Both the position numbers and the translations under genes were made by a program. From Polyangiales bacterium (GTDB taxonomy: Bacteria > Myxococcota_A > Polyangia > Polyangiales > Polyangiaceae), in the NCBI GenBank assembly GCA_038230375.1, contig JBBRNJ010000084.1:1-36138 (forward strand): 36,138 bases of DNA. Direction: 5' to 3'. Position 1 is the stretch's first letter, and each line of letters starts with the position of its first letter. Under the pieces are notes generated by a model that worked only from the letters and a program-made list of their open reading frames with translations, was not told where the DNA came from and searched no databases. Below are positions 31,402-36,138 of the stretch, piece by piece.

Positions 31402-31997
31402 TGCTCCTCGTCTGTGATCACTGCGACACGGCGCAAAAGCGGGGCAAGATATTGCACGGCGTCGCGCCGCATTGCGTGCGCTGCGATCACGAGCTCTACA
31501 TTCCCAAGGCTCCGCGCACGGACAAGATGCTCGCGCTCAGCCTCACCGGTCTCATCGCGTTCACGCTGAGCAACGTGTATCCCGTGGTCTCGCTCAGCGC
31601 GCACGGACAGGAGAGGTCTGCGACGCTCCTGGCGGCCGTCGGTGCTGCTGCGGATCAGGATGCCATCGTCGTGGCCGTCATCGCCGCCCTTGCTGCGTTC
31701 GCGGTGCCCTTGACGGAGCTGTGCCTCTACGTGTGGATCCTGATGGCGCTACGCGAAGGGCGGAATCCCGCTTCGTTTCGCACCGCCATCCACGCGCTCC
31801 GCGGCATCCGCCACTGGAGCATCGTGGAGGTCTTCCTGCTCGCCGTGGTCGTCTCCGCGGTGAAGCTTGGCGACGTCGCGACCGTCACGCCTGGCGTGGG
31901 CGTGTTTGCGCTGTTCGCGCTGGTGGTGTGCATCGCGGCGCTTCGCACGTTCGACCTGCGCGATCTCTGGGCGCAGACCTCGGAGCCGGCCGCTTGA
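31401..31997 (+). CDS. pqiA: Paraquat-inducible protein A, first half
   Basis: 'CDHC...CVRC' zinc motif, TM helices, 'WSIVEVFLLAVVVSAVKL'. Confidence 0.88.
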   Translation: MLLVCDHCDTAQKRGKILHGVAPHCVRCDHELYIPKAPRTDKMLALSLTGLIAFTLSNVYPVVSLSAHGQERSATLLAAVGAAADQDAIVVAVIAALAAFAVPLTELCLYVWILMALREGRNPASFRTAIHALRGIRHWSIVEVFLLAVVVSAVKLGDVATVTPGVGVFALFALVVCIAALRTFDLRDLWAQTSEPAA

Positions 31998-32653
31998 GCA
32001 GACCGCTGCCTCCCCGCGCGATGGACCTCGGGCTCGCCTCGTGCCGTGGCTGCGGCCTGGTCTCGCGGCTTGGAAGCGACCTCCGTCATTGTCCCCGCTG
32101 CGGCAAGGTCCTTCACTGGAGGATGCCGGGAGGGTTCTCGCGCCCATGGGCCTTCTTGAGCGCCGCGGCCCTCCTGTACGTGCCCGCGAACGTGCTGCCC
32201 ATCATGCGCACGAACGCGCTGACCGAGCACCGGTCGGACACGATCATGTCCGGCGTCGTGCACCTCTGGGAGGGCGGCTCGTGGGACCTGTCACTGGTCG
32301 TATTCGTGGCGAGCATCGTGTTCCCGGTCGCCAAGATGGCGGCGCTTGCGGTGCTGCTCATCAGCGCGCGGCGCGGAAGTGCCAGGTATGTGCGCCACCG
32401 CGCAAAGGCCTTCCGCGTCATGGAGCTCGTGGGCCACTGGTCCATGCTCGATGTGTTCGTGGTCGCGCTTCTCGTCACGCTCGTGAAGTTCGGCGCGTTC
32501 GCCGACATCGAGCCCGCGAGCGGGCTCCTGGCGTTCGCAGGAGTCGTGGTCCTCACCATGCTCGCGTCGGCAAGCTTCGACGCGCGCCTGATCTGGGACG
32601 CAGAGGTGAAAGCCACCATTGCAGGGACAAGAACCGAGGAGCCAAGCGCATGA
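31994..32653 (+). CDS. pqiA: Paraquat-inducible protein A, second half
   Basis: TTGA overlap (alternative ATG 32021); 'CRGC...CPRC', 'YVPANVLPIM', 'DTIMSGV', 'GHWSMLDVFVV', 'FDARLIWD'. Confidence 0.92.
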   Translation: MSRPLPPRAMDLGLASCRGCGLVSRLGSDLRHCPRCGKVLHWRMPGGFSRPWAFLSAAALLYVPANVLPIMRTNALTEHRSDTIMSGVVHLWEGGSWDLSLVVFVASIVFPVAKMAALAVLLISARRGSARYVRHRAKAFRVMELVGHWSMLDVFVVALLVTLVKFGAFADIEPASGLLAFAGVVVLTMLASASFDARLIWDAEVKATIAGTRTEEPSA

Positions 32654-34335
32654 GCGACGATACGAAACTCGATCTCGAGTCGAGCATCGAGTCGCTCGAG
32701 CACCCCGAGGAGCCGCACGATCCGCACGAATTGCCTGGCGCAAGCCCTGGCCCGCGACGGACGCCCCGCTTCTCGATCGTGTGGGTAGTCCCCATCCTCG
32801 CCGCGCTCGCGGGAGCCATCCTTCTCATCCGCGCGCTGGTGGATCGCGGTCCCACGATCACGATCTCGTTCGAGACCGCAGAGGGGCTGGAGGCGGGCAA
32901 GACGGAGGTCCGCTACAAGAACGTCGTCGTCGGGCGCGTGTCGGCCATTGCCCTGTCGGATGACCATTCACGCGTGACCGCCACCGTCGACGTGACGCGC
33001 AATGCGGCCAAGCTCGCCGTCGCAGACAGTCAGTTCTGGGTCGAGCGCCCGCGCGTTGCGCTCTCCGGCGTGAGCGGCATCAGCACGCTCCTGTCCGGCG
33101 CGTACATCGGCGTCGACATTGGCGTCGAGACGGCGCAGCGAAAGGCGTTCGTAGGTCTGGAGCGTCCGCCTGCGTTCCTGCGTGATCAGCGCGGCAGGCT
33201 CTTCGCGCTCACGAGCCCTGACGCAGGGTCGCTCTCCGCGGGCTCGCCGGTGTACTACCGTCGCGTTCAGGTCGGCGCCGTTTCAGGAACGGAGCTCGGA
33301 CCCGACAACAGGACCATCCTTCTCCATGTGTTCGTGCGCGCACCGTACGACAAGCTCGTGACGCGGAACGCGCGCTTCTGGAATGCAAGCGGCGTGGACC
33401 TCACGGTGGGGCCGGAGGGGCTGAAGCTCAACACCGAGTCGCTCGCGACGGTTGTCGCCGGCGGCATCGCGTTCCAGACCTTCGACGACAGCCCCGATGG
33501 ACCTCCTGCGGAGGGCACGGTCTACGAGCTCTACGAGGACCGCGTCGCAGCGAGTGCGCAGCGCCTGACCACGCCCGTGATGGCCCACATGACGTTCGAG
33601 GACTCTGTCCGCGGTCTCGCCGTAGGTACGCCGGTGGAGCTCCGCGGCGTCACGCTCGGAAAGGTGAGCGCGCTGTCGCTGCAGCTCGACCCGTCGACGA
33701 AGACGTTTCGCACGGAGGTCGTGGCCACGCTCTACCCTGACCGCATGGGCCCGGCGTACGAGACCCTGCGCGCGATGGACGAGAAGGCAGGCCGCTCGAT
33801 CCAGGGCGGTCTCCAGGTGCTCGTCGACGAGCGCGACATGCACGCGCAGCTGCGTTCGGCGAATCCGTTCATCGGTCAGACGTACGTCGCGCTCGACTTC
33901 TTCCCGGCCTCGCACGCGAAGAGCGCTGCACGCGGGCCTGACTACGTGGGAATTCCGACCGAGCACGCCACGATGGACGACCTGGAGAAGGGCGTGCGCG
34001 ACATCATCAAGAAGCTCGACTCGATCCCGTTCGGCGAGATCGGCGTGAGCCTGCGCGATACGCTGCGCAGCGCGTCCTCCGTCGTCGCGCAGCTCGACAA
34101 GTTCATCGCCCCCGAGGCGCGGAAGATCTTCGAGGCCGCGCAGCGTGCGATCCGCTCGCTCGAGGAGAACGTGGCGGCACCAGACTCCGAGCTGCAGACA
34201 AGCACGCGCGCGACGCTGAGCCAGATCGAGCGCGCGGCCGGCGCACTGCGCGCGCTATCGGAGTTCCTGGAACAACATCCCGAGTCACTGCTCCGCGGGC
34301 GTGACGCACCGAAAGAGCCCAAGGGAGCGCGATGA
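32650..34335 (+). CDS. pqiB: Intermembrane transport MCE protein PqiB (three MCE domains)
   Basis: ATGA overlap; 'SIVWVVP', 'AEGLEAGKTEVRYKNVVVG', 'GSPVYYRRVQVG', 'RFWNASG', 'SVRGLAVGTPVELRG', C-terminal 'HPESLLRG'. Confidence 0.95.
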   Translation: MSDDTKLDLESSIESLEHPEEPHDPHELPGASPGPRRTPRFSIVWVVPILAALAGAILLIRALVDRGPTITISFETAEGLEAGKTEVRYKNVVVGRVSAIALSDDHSRVTATVDVTRNAAKLAVADSQFWVERPRVALSGVSGISTLLSGAYIGVDIGVETAQRKAFVGLERPPAFLRDQRGRLFALTSPDAGSLSAGSPVYYRRVQVGAVSGTELGPDNRTILLHVFVRAPYDKLVTRNARFWNASGVDLTVGPEGLKLNTESLATVVAGGIAFQTFDDSPDGPPAEGTVYELYEDRVAASAQRLTTPVMAHMTFEDSVRGLAVGTPVELRGVTLGKVSALSLQLDPSTKTFRTEVVATLYPDRMGPAYETLRAMDEKAGRSIQGGLQVLVDERDMHAQLRSANPFIGQTYVALDFFPASHAKSAARGPDYVGIPTEHATMDDLEKGVRDIIKKLDSIPFGEIGVSLRDTLRSASSVVAQLDKFIAPEARKIFEAAQRAIRSLEENVAAPDSELQTSTRATLSQIERAAGALRALSEFLEQHPESLLRGRDAPKEPKGAR

Positions 34336-34937
34336 AGTCCTTTCTCCCGTTGTGTCTGTCGTTCGTGATGCTCGCGTGCGGCGCTGCAGAGGCGCCGCGC
34401 TACTATACGCTGGTGGCGGAGGCGTCGCCCGCGCCGCCTGCGAGCGCTGACGAGCCGATCCCTATCGAGCTGCTGCCGATCGAGGTGCCAGCGCAGGTGG
34501 ATACCGCGCTCATGGTCGTGCGCCAGGGCAGCTCCGAGGTCGTGCCGGTCTCTTCGCGACGCTGGGTCGCGCCGCTGCACGATGAGCTGCGCACTGCGCT
34601 GTCATCCGCGATCGCGGTGAAGCTGGGTGCGCGTGATGTGTCCGGCACTGGCGCGGCGGGACCGACGTATCGGATCAAGGTGATCGTCCGGCGGTTCGAA
34701 TCATCACTGGGCGCGAGCGCGAGCCTCTTCGCCGTCTGGACCGTGCGCGAGACGGGCTCCGAGCCGCCGCGAGGGCGCACATGCGAGACGCGCGTGACCG
34801 AGGTCGCGAAGGGCGGCTTCGACGAGCTCGCGCTGGGTCATCAGCGCGCCGTAGCCGCGCTCGCAGAGCAGATCGCCACGGCCATCCGGGCGATGCGTGC
34901 GCACCCCGAGGCGGCGACCACCAGCTGCGCGCCCTGA
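34332..34937 (+). CDS. pqiC: PqiC family lipoprotein (ABC_trans_aux)
   Basis: ATGA overlap; lipobox 'LAC'; 'RYYTL', 'VPAQVD', 'RWVAPL..EL'. Confidence 0.9.
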   Translation: MKSFLPLCLSFVMLACGAAEAPRYYTLVAEASPAPPASADEPIPIELLPIEVPAQVDTALMVVRQGSSEVVPVSSRRWVAPLHDELRTALSSAIAVKLGARDVSGTGAAGPTYRIKVIVRRFESSLGASASLFAVWTVRETGSEPPRGRTCETRVTEVAKGGFDELALGHQRAVAALAEQIATAIRAMRAHPEAATTSCAP

Positions 34938-35024
34938 CTCACACGTGCGTGGTGTGCGCGCCAGGATGCCCCACGTGTGGCGTCGGTGCGGCGCCCTCCG
35001 ACCTCTCGTGAGCTTCCCTCGCGG

Positions 35025-35040
35025 TTGGCAGCGCCTTCGC
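35025..35040 (+). promoter_or_regulatory. Putative sigma54 (-24/-12) promoter
   Basis: TTGGCAGCGCCTTCGC (GG-N10-GC); shares CGCGGTTGGCAG with the pqi promoter; about 31 nt before ATG 35072. Confidence 0.5.
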
Positions 35041-35071
35041 GTGTGGCCCCGAAGTTGCGCGTACGGTCGAC

Positions 35072-35503
35072 ATGACCGTTCCCCAGGGTGAGGCAGAGAA
35101 GCCAACGAAGAACGGTGTCTTTCGCATGCTCGCCGCGCGCACGGCGCGAAGCGTAGGTAGTCCGTGGGCCTTTGCGACGGCGCTCTCCGTCGTGCTCGTG
35201 TGGGGCCTCACCGGGTCGATCTTCAAGTACTCGGACACGTGGCAGCTCGTCATCAACACGGGAACCACCATCGTGACGTTCCTCATGGTGTTCCTGATCC
35301 AGAACACGCAGAACCGCGACTCGCAGGCGCTGCACCTGAAGCTCGACGAGCTCATTCGTGTGAACGTGGAGGCGCGCGATCGTCTGATGCAGCTGGATGA
35401 CCTGAGCGACGAGGAGCTCAACAAACTGCAGGGCGAGTTCTCGGTTCTCGCGCGCAAGAGGCGCGAGCGCCAGTCCGCCACCCCGCAAGAACGTCGCGGC
35501 TGA
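35072..35503 (+). CDS. Low-affinity iron permease (Fet4-like) family protein
   Basis: 'SDTWQLVINTGTTIVTFLMVFLIQNTQNRD.ALHLKLDELI'. Confidence 0.93.
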   Translation: MTVPQGEAEKPTKNGVFRMLAARTARSVGSPWAFATALSVVLVWGLTGSIFKYSDTWQLVINTGTTIVTFLMVFLIQNTQNRDSQALHLKLDELIRVNVEARDRLMQLDDLSDEELNKLQGEFSVLARKRRERQSATPQERRG

Positions 35504-35641
35504 TCGCTCCACACGAGGCGGCCGACACCGCGCTCGCATCGCACCGAGGTTGCCTGTGGCATCATGGCGTGGGGAGCTGTTTCGCCACACAGATCCGGCC
35601 GGTTTGCAGCTTGATCGTGCGCGCTTGGGCGTGCGGGCGGA

Positions 35642-35657
35642 TGGCCCACAAGATGCG
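35642..35657 (+). promoter_or_regulatory. Putative sigma54 (-24/-12) promoter
   Basis: TGGCCCACAAGATGCG (GG-N10-GC), followed by an AGGAG RBS and ATG 35681. Confidence 0.45.
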
Positions 35658-35680
35658 TGTGGGAGGCAGGAGAACGAATC

Positions 35681-36138
35681 ATGCCCCTCAACCTCACCGT
35701 CTGTGCGCGAACCGACATTGGCCATGTCCGCAAGGTCAACGAGGACGCGTTCGTGATCGCTGACCTCACGGGTGATGCGCAGCCCCTTGTGCAGCCCATC
35801 ACGCGCTTCGAGATAGGCGAGCGGGGCGTGCTGATGGCCGTGAGTGACGGCATGGGAGGGCACGCGGCAGGAGAGGTCGCGAGCGCGCTCGTGGTGGAGT
35901 CGCTTCGTCGCTCGATGAGTGAGCCGCCACCGCCGGCGCGCGATGCCGATCTGATCAAGGTCGCCGTGGAGCGCGCGAACCGCGAGACGTGGGAGGCCTC
36001 TCAGTTGCCCGGTCGCAAGGGCATGGGCGCCACGGTGACGGCCGTCTTCGTGGATGGCGTCACCGCGTACATCGCGGAGGTCGGCGACTCGCGCGCGTAC
36101 CTGGTGCGCGGCGGACAGATCGCGCAGGTGACGAAGGA
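35681..36138 (+). CDS. PP2C/Stp1-family Ser/Thr protein phosphatase (truncated by the window end)
   Basis: Translated by hand (absent from the ORF track): 'TDIGHVRKVNEDAF', 'AVSDGMGGHAAGEVAS', 'GMGAT', 'VGDSRAYL'; AGGAG RBS. Confidence 0.93.
   Translation, partial: MPLNLTVCARTDIGHVRKVNEDAFVIADLTGDAQPLVQPITRFEIGERGVLMAVSDGMGGHAAGEVASALVVESLRRSMSEPPPPARDADLIKVAVERANRETWEASQLPGRKGMGATVTAVFVDGVTAYIAEVGDSRAYLVRGGQIAQVTK

Noticed and set aside
31401..32653. Frameshifted pqiA pseudogene
   Set aside because: Each half has its own Cys motif, start codon and stop/start overlap; a two-gene pqiA arrangement is common.

Overview
High-GC bacterial chromosomal segment, most likely from a myxobacterium (Myxococcota, Polyangiaceae-like). 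This is inferred from the many Cys-rich lipoproteins with 'DGG/DAG' linkers, a Pkn-type Ser/Thr kinase, a PP2C phosphatase and a vWA lipoprotein. Recognisable genes: an AraC regulator, secA, an isolated gcvP, a Gfo/Idh/MocA oxidoreductase, a class-C-type serine hydrolase, a 5'-nucleotidase, an AI-2E transporter, a pqiA-pqiA-pqiB-pqiC operon, a Fet4-like permease and a truncated PP2C phosphatase, plus many exported hypothetical proteins. No rRNA, tRNA, CRISPR array, transposase or integrase was seen. Most notable observations: (1) gcvP is bracketed by two long palindromic elements with unrelated arms but a shared 25-nt core (GTGCTCACGTACnnGAGTACGTTCC), and synonymous sites show a strand-asymmetric halo around them (T-ending codons to the right, A-ending codons to the left); a similar T-rich halo follows secA with no element present. 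(2) An exported lipoprotein carries a group I truncated-globin domain with Cys at the E10-equivalent position, in an apparent operon with a beta-helix protein and an oxidoreductase. (3) Many genes have -10 boxes 6-9 nt before the start codon, suggesting leaderless mRNAs, and sigma54-type promoters cluster at the right end. All counts were made by eye and no database searches were run.
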